From positions 1 to 59,668 of the IMG/VR virus record IMGVR_UViG_3300009163_000037: 59,668 bases of DNA; one strand, written 5' to 3'. Position numbers and translations under genes: made by a program. Position 1 is the first letter of the stretch. Every line of letters starts with the position of its first letter. The notes under the pieces are model-generated. The model did not search any database. It was given only the letters and a program-made list of their open reading frames with translations, and was not told the origin of the DNA. This document shows positions 17,289-25,700 of the stretch, one piece after another. This DNA comes from a virus (lineage: Duplodnaviria > Caudoviricetes).

Positions 17289-17500
17289 TTCAATTCTCCT
17301 GCTTGGTAGCTCATGTGTTGGTCGTATAGTTTCATCATGGTATTGGGGTCAATGTAGTAGTTGCGTACCACCGCTAGTGATGCTAAATCGTTTATCAGAT
17401 TAGTTATTGCTTGCTTGTGGTGCTTATCGTCAATGTCGTACTCCTCTACTAGCTTGGCGCTCCACTTCTCAGGAGTGCCGTGTACGCGCAGGTGTCTCAT
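17285..17500 (-). CDS. hypothetical protein
   Basis: ATGA overlaps. Confidence 0.65.
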   Translation of the reverse strand: MRHLRVHGTPEKWSAKLVEEYDIDDKHHKQAITNLINDLASLAVVRNYYIDPNTMMKLYDQHMSYQAGELK

Positions 17501-17958
17501 TTCTTTATTCCTTTGGTGCGTGCGTAGTAAGCTCTTGCGTATGCGTTTTTCTTTTCACGCTGCGCCTTTATTTTTTGCTCTTCTTCTTTCTTGGCTTTTT
17601 TCCTTGCGTTCCACTCACGTTGATACTGACGTTTCTTTAACAGTTTTTCGTTTGCCTCAGTATTAACCTCAACCTGGGGAAAAACTGGCAAGCGGGGGTC
17701 AGGGGCAGCAATGGCTGGTTTTGGCTGGCGTGATTGCTTGTAAACCTCATGTTCCAGATTTTGTAATCTTTCGGCAAAATTCTCCTGCTTGCGAATCAAG
17801 GCTTGATTTGAATTTACTAAAAGCTGATTTGCGTTTTCCAGCTTATTCAGCCCCTCCTTCAACTGCAAAATCCATTGGCTGTGATCGCGGTTAAAGTCCG
17901 TCAAGTCTTTTAACTGCTGCTCAAGAACTGTAACTCTGCTATAGATGTTCCACTTCAT
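17497..17958 (-). CDS. coiled-coil protein with very basic C-terminus
   Basis: 153 aa; KKRQYQREWNARKK...AYARAYYAR. Confidence 0.7.
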   Translation of the reverse strand: MKWNIYSRVTVLEQQLKDLTDFNRDHSQWILQLKEGLNKLENANQLLVNSNQALIRKQENFAERLQNLEHEVYKQSRQPKPAIAAPDPRLPVFPQVEVNTEANEKLLKKRQYQREWNARKKAKKEEEQKIKAQREKKNAYARAYYARTKGIKK

Positions 17959-18158
17959 TTCTTTTCTCCTGAAAATTTGGCAATATGGTCATTGAGGCGT
18001 TCAATCCTTACCTTGTTGTACATGACTATGCTCTCAGCGTAATCCACTGCGGTTTCAGCCTGGAGCATCTCCAGCTGCGCCTCAGCGAGCTCTCTGCTTA
18101 CCACCTCCAACGGGGTGGGTTCTCTTAGTTTCTCTTGCATCAACTGTAACAATTTCAT
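17955..18158 (-). CDS. hypothetical protein, first gene of the replication operon
   Basis: AGGAG SD before ATG 18158. Confidence 0.65.
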   Translation of the reverse strand: MKLLQLMQEKLREPTPLEVVSRELAEAQLEMLQAETAVDYAESIVMYNKVRIERLNDHIAKFSGEKK

Positions 18159-18176
18159 AGCTTTCTCCTGTTTGTA

Positions 18177-18206
18177 AATGTAACTCATGAATCAGCATCG
18201 TGTCAA
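18177..18206 (-). promoter_or_regulatory. sigma70 promoter of the replication operon
   Basis: TTGACA-N18-TACATT on the minus strand just upstream of the SD. Confidence 0.6.
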
Positions 18207-18224
18207 CTGTTGCATCATCATGCC

Positions 18225-18650
18225 TAAGCCCTCTTACCCGTTGACCCTCCCTCCCCTGGACTTGGGCGCTGGATGGCTAACGACTCTTTATCAAGGTGCC
18301 ATGACTGGTTTTTATGCAGTCTTATCGGCCGGCCAAGCCGCCCTCCCCTGGAATCCCGATAAAGCCAGTTCTCACCGGCTTGTCGATCATCTCCCAGCGG
18401 ACTAGGGTATGTGTCATTACTGACAACCTTGTTTATTCCTTTTTGCTTACGCTACTTCGGAGGTGCGGGTCACACCGAGGTTCTGTCTTTTCTTCCACGC
18501 TGGCGATACAACCACTTGCTAACGGATGGAGTCCGGTCGCGGTCGCCAACGAAAAAAGCCGTTACTACTGCACTGGGTCGCTCCCCCAAAAAAAGGGGCC
18601 AATGCATGAGTAACGGCTTTCAATCTGTTGTGAGCGACTACAACAGTTAC
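18225..18650 (-). ncRNA. candidate structured non-coding RNA or RNA-primed origin
   Basis: No credible ORF; several long stems with G-U pairs favouring the minus strand; loop-loop complementarity; G-tract cluster at the 3' end. Confidence 0.5.
18552..18620 (-). terminator. long branched terminator-like hairpin (possible attenuator)
   Basis: AAAGCCGTTACT/AGTAACGGCTTT 12-bp stem ending in a 6-U run, plus an 8-bp upper stem. Confidence 0.6.
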
Positions 18651-18702
18651 AACTATACACTATTTTTGGGTAGCGCAAGCTTTTTTTAAAAATATTTTTG
18701 GA

Positions 18703-18723
18703 GACTGTATCAGCGATACAGTT
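18703..18723. promoter_or_regulatory. copy of 21-bp palindromic motif
   Basis: gactgtatcagcgatacagtt, upstream of the non-coding element. Confidence 0.65.
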
Positions 18724-18724
18724 G

Positions 18725-18752
18725 AAAAGAACCCCCCAGAAGCCCGGGGGGT
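18725..18752 (-). terminator. intrinsic terminator after nuclease gene
   Basis: acccccc-gggcttct-ggggggt followed by tctttt on the minus strand. Confidence 0.6.
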
Positions 18753-18790
18753 AAAGACTCTGTAAAAGAGTCAAGGAGACAAGCAAGTCT

Positions 18791-19105
18791 TCATTCTACA
18801 TGGATTATTTTGACTTCCCAACGATTATTTTTCTTTTGCCAGCCGTGAACCTCTATCTTTATCCCTGAATCACGCACGATGTCCAGGTTCTCGTGAGCCA
18901 GGATCTTCTTCAGCCGGTCTGATGTGTGGCCCCAGCTGGTCGTTTGGACGCCGATCACCGCCCCCTGGCCCAGGCACAGGATGTCAATGAAGCCGGCAAA
19001 GTCGTTCTTGCGCTTGGTGAACGAGTTGTACCGCTCCACCACCTCTGCGTAGAAGCCGTTGTCCCTCATGTACTTGAGGCTGCGCTGCGTAGTTGTTACC
19101 GCCAT
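18791..19105 (-). CDS. small PD-(D/E)XK-fold nuclease (resolvase/VRR-NUC-like)
   Basis: DFAGFIDILCL...IGVQTTS...IEVHGW pattern; start at MAVT. Confidence 0.6.
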   Translation of the reverse strand: MAVTTTQRSLKYMRDNGFYAEVVERYNSFTKRKNDFAGFIDILCLGQGAVIGVQTTSWGHTSDRLKKILAHENLDIVRDSGIKIEVHGWQKKNNRWEVKIIHVE

Positions 19106-19125
19106 AAATATTTTTCCTAGGGGGG

Positions 19126-19155
19126 TTGCAAGACATGATATACTATGGGTACAAT
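19126..19155 (+). promoter_or_regulatory. sigma70 promoter of the recombination operon
   Basis: TTGCAA-N18-TACAAT in divergent intergenic gap. Confidence 0.6.
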
Positions 19156-19190
19156 GTGTGGCCCAACCACCTAATTCTACAGGATAAAGC

Positions 19191-20066
19191 ATGATCATCA
19201 CCAACAAGTACAACCTCCCGCAGACGTTTGTGAACGTCTTGAAGCGGCCAACTTACTCTAAGGGTAAGTCCAACATCTCTGCTACAGAGCTGATCTCTTC
19301 CCCTCGCATCGTCCAGCTGCGTAAGCTGCACTCTGAAGAGATTGAGCAAGACGTTAGCGAGATGGTCTGGTCTATCTTTGGCACGGCCATTCACGGCGTG
19401 CTGGAGCATGGCAGCGACGAGAACCACCTTGTTGAGGAGCGGCTGCACGCCACAGTCGATGGCTGGTCTATTTCCGGCGCCATTGACCTTCAGATCGTCA
19501 ACGAGGACGGAACTATCACAGTGAACGACTACAAGACTGTGGGTGCCTGGAGCGTAATGAACGAGAAGATCGACTGGGAGCTTCAGCTGAACATCTACGC
19601 ATGGCTGGTGCGCCACGTTAAGAAGAGCGATGTCAGCAAGCTGGAGATCGTAGCCATCATCCGTGATTGGAGCCGCCGTGACGCCGCCATCAAGGCATCC
19701 TACCCTGATGCCCCTGTCAAGGTCATCCCTGTCCAGCTGTGGTCTTTTGAGAAGCAGCAGGAGTTTATTGAGCAGCGCATTGAGATGCACTCTAACGCCC
19801 TGTTCGACTTTGAGACCGGCGACGAATTGCCGCACTGCACCCCTGATGAGATGTGGGAGAAGCAGACCACCTACGCGGTTAAAAAGATTGGTGGAGTCAA
19901 GGCACGCAATGTCTGCGACACCAATGAGGAAGCTCAGGCCAAGATGGCTGAGTATGGGAAAGAGTACGAGATAGAGGTGCGTCTGGGTGAGCGGACGCGC
20001 TGCGCTAACTTTTGCTCTGTGAGTAAATGGTGCAATCAGTACCAAGACTATTTAAAAAAGGAGTAA
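19191..20066 (+). CDS. Cas4-like PD-(D/E)XK exonuclease
   Basis: SATEL, GTAIH, SGAIDL, DYKT, QLNIY, C-terminal RCANFCSVSKWC. Confidence 0.85.
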   Translation: MIITNKYNLPQTFVNVLKRPTYSKGKSNISATELISSPRIVQLRKLHSEEIEQDVSEMVWSIFGTAIHGVLEHGSDENHLVEERLHATVDGWSISGAIDLQIVNEDGTITVNDYKTVGAWSVMNEKIDWELQLNIYAWLVRHVKKSDVSKLEIVAIIRDWSRRDAAIKASYPDAPVKVIPVQLWSFEKQQEFIEQRIEMHSNALFDFETGDELPHCTPDEMWEKQTTYAVKKIGGVKARNVCDTNEEAQAKMAEYGKEYEIEVRLGERTRCANFCSVSKWCNQYQDYLKKE

Positions 20067-20068
20067 GC

Positions 20069-20236
20069 ATGGAAGATTTGTTTGTAATTGCGTTGTTCGG
20101 CTGGATCATAGGATCATGGTTGACGCACGTTGTTGTTTGTCTGACGGCTGGTAAGTGGGGATTCCTCATTGCCGGCGCGATCATTTTCCCAATTGCATGG
20201 ATCCACGGAACCGGCATTTGGCTTGGGTTTTTTTAA
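20069..20236 (+). CDS. small hydrophobic membrane protein
   Basis: AAGGAG SD; two hydrophobic stretches. Confidence 0.7.
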   Translation: MEDLFVIALFGWIIGSWLTHVVVCLTAGKWGFLIAGAIIFPIAWIHGTGIWLGFF

Positions 20237-20245
20237 AGGAAGAGC

Positions 20246-20935
20246 ATGGTACATAAGAAACTGATGGAAGCGCGGGTAAAGCTTCTGCACACAAAGTTAA
20301 AGAAGAGCGGGCAGAACAAATTTGCTGGCTACTATTACTTTGAGCTTGGAGACTTCATCCCCGAGATCCAACTAATCTTTAATGAGCTGGGCCTGTGTGG
20401 TGTTGTGTCGTATGACGCAGCCTACGCAACCCTGACCATTACAGATATAAGCGATGGCACTTGCATCGTGATCACCAGCCCGATGGCCGGTGCTGAGCTG
20501 AAGGGCGCACACCCTATTCAGAACCTTGGTGCAGTTGAGACATACCAGCGCCGTTATCTGTGGATGACAGCGATGGAGATTGTCGAGAATGATGTAATTG
20601 ACGCATCCCCGCAAAAGGAGCCGGCCAAGGAAGTCAAAGCAGAGCCAAAGGTAGAGCCACCCAAGCGCGTTAAAGGCGATGTGCTGCCACCGCAGTACGT
20701 TGACAAAGACCCAGGCTGGACGATTCACATTACTGGTGAAGGCGAGCCCTACAAGAAAGTGCTAACTGAAGCTACAAAACTAAAGCTTTTCTTTGCAAAG
20801 AATGATGAGGACGTTCGCAAGATGTTCCAAATCAACCGCAAACTCTATGACGCAGCCAAAGCAGAAGACCCCGCCTTCTACGAGGAACTATTAGAGTTGT
20901 TTACTGAAACCAAGAAGAAATTTACACAGGACTGA
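20246..20935 (+). CDS. erf: ERF-family ssDNA annealing protein
   Basis: KKSGQNKFAGYYYFELGDF, IQNLGAVETYQRRYL, EIVEND. Confidence 0.85.
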   Translation: MVHKKLMEARVKLLHTKLKKSGQNKFAGYYYFELGDFIPEIQLIFNELGLCGVVSYDAAYATLTITDISDGTCIVITSPMAGAELKGAHPIQNLGAVETYQRRYLWMTAMEIVENDVIDASPQKEPAKEVKAEPKVEPPKRVKGDVLPPQYVDKDPGWTIHITGEGEPYKKVLTEATKLKLFFAKNDEDVRKMFQINRKLYDAAKAEDPAFYEELLELFTETKKKFTQD

Positions 20936-20936
20936 T

Positions 20937-21200
20937 ATGGACGATTACACAAACACTGGGGCGCTGTTCACCTCAATTAACAAGCGCAATGACCGCGCCC
21001 CTGACATGAATGGGAACATCAAGTTTGACAAAGCCTATCTCATGGAAATGATTGACAAGGCCGAAGGTGAAGACACTGTCACCATCAAGCTGGATGGCTG
21101 GGTTAAGCGCGACAAGAACAACAATCGTATGGTTTCGATGAAGGTAAACACCTACGTCAAGCCTGTAGCAACACAACAAAAGGATCCTTGGGATGACTAA
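20937..21200 (+). CDS. putative ssDNA-binding protein (DUF736-like)
   Basis: NTGALF...PDMNGNI...W; ends DPWDD; follows ERF. Confidence 0.6.
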   Translation: MDDYTNTGALFTSINKRNDRAPDMNGNIKFDKAYLMEMIDKAEGEDTVTIKLDGWVKRDKNNNRMVSMKVNTYVKPVATQQKDPWDD

Positions 21201-21408
21201 AAAGAAACCAACCACAGTTAAAGAGTGGGAAAAGACTTGCGTTAATTTGAATAGCGCGCTGCAACTATCAATCAAGAATGAAATAAAGCTTGATAACGAG
21301 GTTCAAAAACTTGAAGCAAAAGCTGAGAAACTTGAGGAGCAGCTGACCATGTCCGTAGGCGTGATCAAGTACTTGGAGATGAAACTTGAGCGAACCAATC
21401 CAGTTTGA
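21193..21408 (+). CDS. coiled-coil hypothetical protein
   Basis: Overlapping ORF in operon. Confidence 0.65.
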   Translation: MTKKKPTTVKEWEKTCVNLNSALQLSIKNEIKLDNEVQKLEAKAEKLEEQLTMSVGVIKYLEMKLERTNPV

Positions 21409-21808
21409 GGGTATAAAGACTGGGCTCAAGCAGTCAAAGGACGGCTACGTTTTAACGATGGCCGTCCATCCTGATGATCTACCAGATAACCTGATGAGAG
21501 ACTTTGTTGGATCGCGTTATGTGGTGGTCATGGTACGGCTGGGTGACGATGAGCAGCCGATGAACCGCGAGAATGAGTTTCCAGGCGACCATGCTGTTAA
21601 GCTGGCTGGAATACTTTGCCGAGACCCTGAGTTTTGGGACTGGCTGCACAAGAAAGAATGGCTCATGGAGGCCAATGAAAAGGCTTGTGCCGCTTGGTTG
21701 ATCTCTTACTTGGACATTGAATCCCGCAAGGAGCTAAAGACCAACGAGGAAGCGCGACACCTATTTAACCAACTACGATCCAGCTTTGATGCATGGAGGA
21801 AACAATGA
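21386..21808 (+). CDS. conserved hypothetical protein
   Basis: TTG start; AGILCRDPEFW...SRKEL motif. Confidence 0.7.
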   Translation: MSEPIQFEGIKTGLKQSKDGYVLTMAVHPDDLPDNLMRDFVGSRYVVVMVRLGDDEQPMNRENEFPGDHAVKLAGILCRDPEFWDWLHKKEWLMEANEKACAAWLISYLDIESRKELKTNEEARHLFNQLRSSFDAWRKQ

Positions 21809-22077
21809 AGAAACTAATCCCCTACAGCGTCTATTTGCCTGTAGAGTATCACGACAAGATCAAGGTCTTGGCGGCGCAGCGCAAGGCATCAGCAATGGTG
21901 CGTGACGCTATCTGCATGATTCTTGATGGTAATGATGCCTACAAGGCCGGCTATAACAAGGCGTTGAAGGATTGCGTCCGGCAGGTTGATGATGTAAAAG
22001 AAATTGAACACATCGCAGTTAAGGGTAAATACCTTAACGACCTACTATCCCAAAAAATTAAAGATATGGAGATGTGA
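21805..22077 (+). CDS. ribbon-helix-helix-like protein
   Basis: YSVYLP...KASAMVRDAI pattern. Confidence 0.55.
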   Translation: MKKLIPYSVYLPVEYHDKIKVLAAQRKASAMVRDAICMILDGNDAYKAGYNKALKDCVRQVDDVKEIEHIAVKGKYLNDLLSQKIKDMEM

Positions 22078-22292
22078 TGGATGATGAATTTGACAATATG
22101 CAAAAAGCCATTTATGTGGCTATAGCCAACACAGAGTGCAAAGAACCTCTTAACGCCATCATGGCGCTTTGTGCAACCATGTGCGACCTCTTAGTCCAAA
22201 CCAAGCTGGATGACGAGCGCTATGTGATTGACTCAGTTATACGAACCTTGCGCGTGACGAAAGAAATGCGTGGAAACATGGAGATTCATTAA
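22074..22292 (+). CDS. hypothetical protein
   Basis: Coupled ORF. Confidence 0.65.
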   Translation: MMDDEFDNMQKAIYVAIANTECKEPLNAIMALCATMCDLLVQTKLDDERYVIDSVIRTLRVTKEMRGNMEIH

Positions 22293-22489
22293 TGACTGAG
22301 CATGAAGAAAACCTACGCGACTTGGCGGCAATGTTTGCTATGGCTGCACTATTGATTCGCAACAAAGGAGATGAGTATCCGCACGAAAAAGCTTTTAGGA
22401 TAGCTGACGCATTCATGGCCCATCGCAGGCCGGAAGAAGGCATTGCGGCAATTAAGAAACCCCGCAAACGTGATGTACAGGAATCGTAA
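22292..22489 (+). CDS. hypothetical protein (LRDLAAMFAM...ADAFM family)
   Basis: Similar motif to 17076-17288. Confidence 0.7.
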   Translation: MTEHEENLRDLAAMFAMAALLIRNKGDEYPHEKAFRIADAFMAHRRPEEGIAAIKKPRKRDVQES

Positions 22490-22760
22490 GTTGTTAGACG
22501 CTGCGCGTGAGCTGCCCTGCCAGCACTGTCAAACCCAAGACGGTACGGTGGTGGCCGCTCACAGCAACCAGCTGCGTGACGGAAAGGGGCGGGGCCTCAA
22601 ATCCCACGACTACAGAATAGCGTCACTCTGTTACAGTTGCCATGCCGATCTTGACCAGGGAGCCCGCATGAGTAAGGCCGAAAGACTTGAGATGTGGGAG
22701 GAAGCACACCGCAAGACAATCGGCCTTATGTTTGAGCGAGGAATTATTGGGTTGCTCTGA
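22473..22760 (+). CDS. YbcO/DUF1364-like Zn-binding nuclease
   Basis: CQHC...TVVAAHSN...GKGRGLK..D...LCYSCH..LD. Confidence 0.75.
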   Translation: MYRNRKLLDAARELPCQHCQTQDGTVVAAHSNQLRDGKGRGLKSHDYRIASLCYSCHADLDQGARMSKAERLEMWEEAHRKTIGLMFERGIIGLL

Positions 22761-25700
22761 CTTTGTCGTTGAACTCTTTCATCCTTTCGGTCTTTCTTTC
22801 GTCAATTTTCTTAATCTCTTCTTTAGAAGCCTTGCGCTCAATTGCAAGACGTTTCTCTTTGTTGAGCTTGCTAACGTCCCTTTGGGCAGCGTTAGCTTCT
22901 TTCCACATAAAGGCGGTTGGATTAGCCTTCATGTATTTATCAGTGGGCTCTTTGTTTGTTTCCCGCTGTTTAATCTCATGCTCAAACGTATTCATTCTCT
23001 CTAGGTTGTCATAGAACCTGGACGAGATAGCGGCAGGAGTTTTTGTTTCGCCAAGGAACTTACCAGCAACTGGAACCCGATACATTGGCTGCTCTTCACC
23101 TGCGACTTTAGCCCTAACTGATTCACCAGCTTTAACCATTTCACGGAATACACCACCAAAGTACTGCTCAGCCAAGTAGTCCAGCTGGTCTGCTGTTGGG
23201 CTAATCTTTCCTTTTGTATGCAATGTTCCAGCCGGAGAGGATGACCAGTTAAGGAAATAAGCAATGCCTTTACTGATGGCGCTTGCGCTTTCCCGTGAAC
23301 GCTCATAGCCAGGGGTCTCCTCGCCTGGGCGGTCTTTCCTTGCAATTGGCCGGCCAAACGCATCTTGATTCATTAAAACGTTTGCAATTGGATCTACAGG
23401 GGTTGGCATAATCTGCTGCCAAGAGGCGCCAATACCCAGTGGGTTTACAGAATCCAGCATCATTGGAAGAATATCAAAGATCTTGTCGGAAGCGGTTTCA
23501 TTGCTCTTCATCATCTTTGTTTTGATCATGAATGCTTCTGTCAGCATACGACCAATTCCAGGCAGCATACTAAAGCCTGGGGGGTATGGCGGATACATAA
23601 CAAAGTACTTACCACCACCGGTTGGAACAACAAACGCTTTTGCTTTAACAAACTCCGGTGGATCATCATCATCAAAGCCAGCAGCCGCCAATACTAAGGC
23701 TTGCATAATGCCAAGCCCAATACCTGAAGCAATGATTGCTTTTCCTTTTGGCCCTGTCAAAACTTTTTTGACTGTTACCGCGCCTTGAATGCCAGGGTTA
23801 ATAAACGAGAACCACGTTTGAAGTTTGGGAACTACTGCTCCCTTTTTATCAAAATTAAGGGTTGCGTTCTTAGACAAGCTTGCGCCCTTGTCATCACTCA
23901 TGCCGTTGTCAATGACTGCAACCTTAAACACGGCTAAGCGCACGGCGCCTTCCATTGAATCGTTATAGTCAGACAAATATTCAAACAAGTAATGGAGGCC
24001 AGCATTAATTTTGCCGCGATCCATTTCTGCAAGTTTTTTATCAAGCAGACTGAGTTCATCAGTAGTTGCTCTAACGCTCAACAGTCCTTTGATTCCCCAG
24101 CCCTTTTCCAATTTCTCAAGCCTGGTTTTTTGCTGAATAAAGTTTGCAGTAATTCCAGTGCCGCCGCCAGCCAGCTTCCAGCGACGATGTAGATCACGCC
24201 ATTCTTGCGGGCTTAACTCACCCTTCTCAAATACTTCATTTCCTTCACTCTTATCCCAGCCACGTTGATTTTTATAGATTGCAGCCATTGCAGGAAGAAT
24301 GCTCTTTCTAACTTTATCTTGTTGACCAGCAAGCTCTGTTGTTGTGAGCTGAAGCATTCCAGTGCCAACGTCACGGCCAAAGTTAAAGAAACCAAAAATT
24401 GGGTTGTATTGCGTATTAATAGCGGATATCCAGCGCGTGATCATCCCAGCAGTGCCAAGAAAAATGCCCAGCTTTTCAACGTCTAGGTTTCTTAACGACT
24501 TGACCATCCGCAGCGCGCGCTCATCACTTGGGTTAAAGATGATGAACCAGTCCTGACCATTAATACGAACAGGGAATACGTTGTCCATGCTACGCATAGC
24601 GGGATTTACAGCATATTTAACAAGGCCGGTTTCTTTATCAATGGTTGGAGTCTTTGGCTCTTGAATCATGTTCTCTGCTTCATCCGCAGATATACCAAGA
24701 GACTGAACTTCTTCTTTAAACTTCTTAATGCTTTTTAATGCATTAGGATTAACTGGCAACCAGAAGTTTGGATTTGGGTTTGTCAGCACCAGCCCCATCA
24801 ATGATTTGCCAATACGGATTTTTTCTGCTCTATCAATAGCGCGTTTACGCTGCAACACAATGTTTTGCAAAATGTTTGCAACGTCTTTGGTTGAACCAAA
24901 AGCGCGTTTAGAGAATGATCCCCTGGTTCCAAACCCTCCACCAGTGCCTACACCATGATGGACAAAGTCCAGGTCTTCACGCTGCAATGGAACATAGTGC
25001 TCGTATGCAGTGTTCCATGAGTTAACAGTATCCTGAATTTCAGCGCCAGACTTAACCAAAATATCCTGAGTTCCATCAACAATGCCATCAAACATCTTGG
25101 CAATTTTGTTATAGATTTTTAGCTTGTCTTGTGGAAGCTCCGTCAAGTACTTGAGCGCGTCTTTTGTCGTGATGCCAGATCCGCCATCGGGTAATGATGG
25201 GTTGATTTTGGCTACTTGTATGTTGCGCTCTTCAGCATGACGGTTATGCATATATGCCTCAAGCTCAAGAATGCTGACTTTGTTGTCATACATTTCTTTA
25301 ACAATCGGCATGATCTCATCATCTATAAAAACTTCTTCACGCGCAGCTTTACGGCTAACATAGCTTTCGTTTTTAAGATAAGGATCAATCTGTTCGTTAA
25401 CCAGCTCGCCACGAACCTTTCGGATTTCCTGCATAACACTCTTAAGGTCATGCTGCTTATCAAGGAAGTTATAAGCAAAGGTATCCATTGCGTTTGGTAT
25501 TGGCGCCTCAAACACCGGCTCTGGAGCTTCGTTGCCCCTAAAGTTCTTGCGTTCAATGGAGAAGTAATCACCCTCACCCAGCATATTGTGGGTAATAAGC
25601 TTGCCGTCAGATTTTGCAAGACTATCCAAGGCGCGGATAATTGACGCATCTGAATTTAAACCAAATATTGACTTGATCTTCTGGCCTAATTCTTTAAGCC

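Noticed and set aside
18703-18723. Palindrome as a canonical SOS box
   Set aside because: Spacing is CTGT-N9-ACAG, not N8, and the other copies lack ACAG
18187-18786. Short ORFs listed in the 18.2-18.8 kb gap
   Set aside because: No SD, mutually overlapping, atypical composition; RNA structure explains the region better
19143-20045. 300-aa antisense ORF
   Set aside because: Shadow of the Cas4-like gene; no SD or motifs, explained by codon bias
19191-20066. Cas4-like gene as a sign of CRISPR
   Set aside because: No repeat-spacer array or other cas genes seen; context is exonuclease-ERF-SSB recombination
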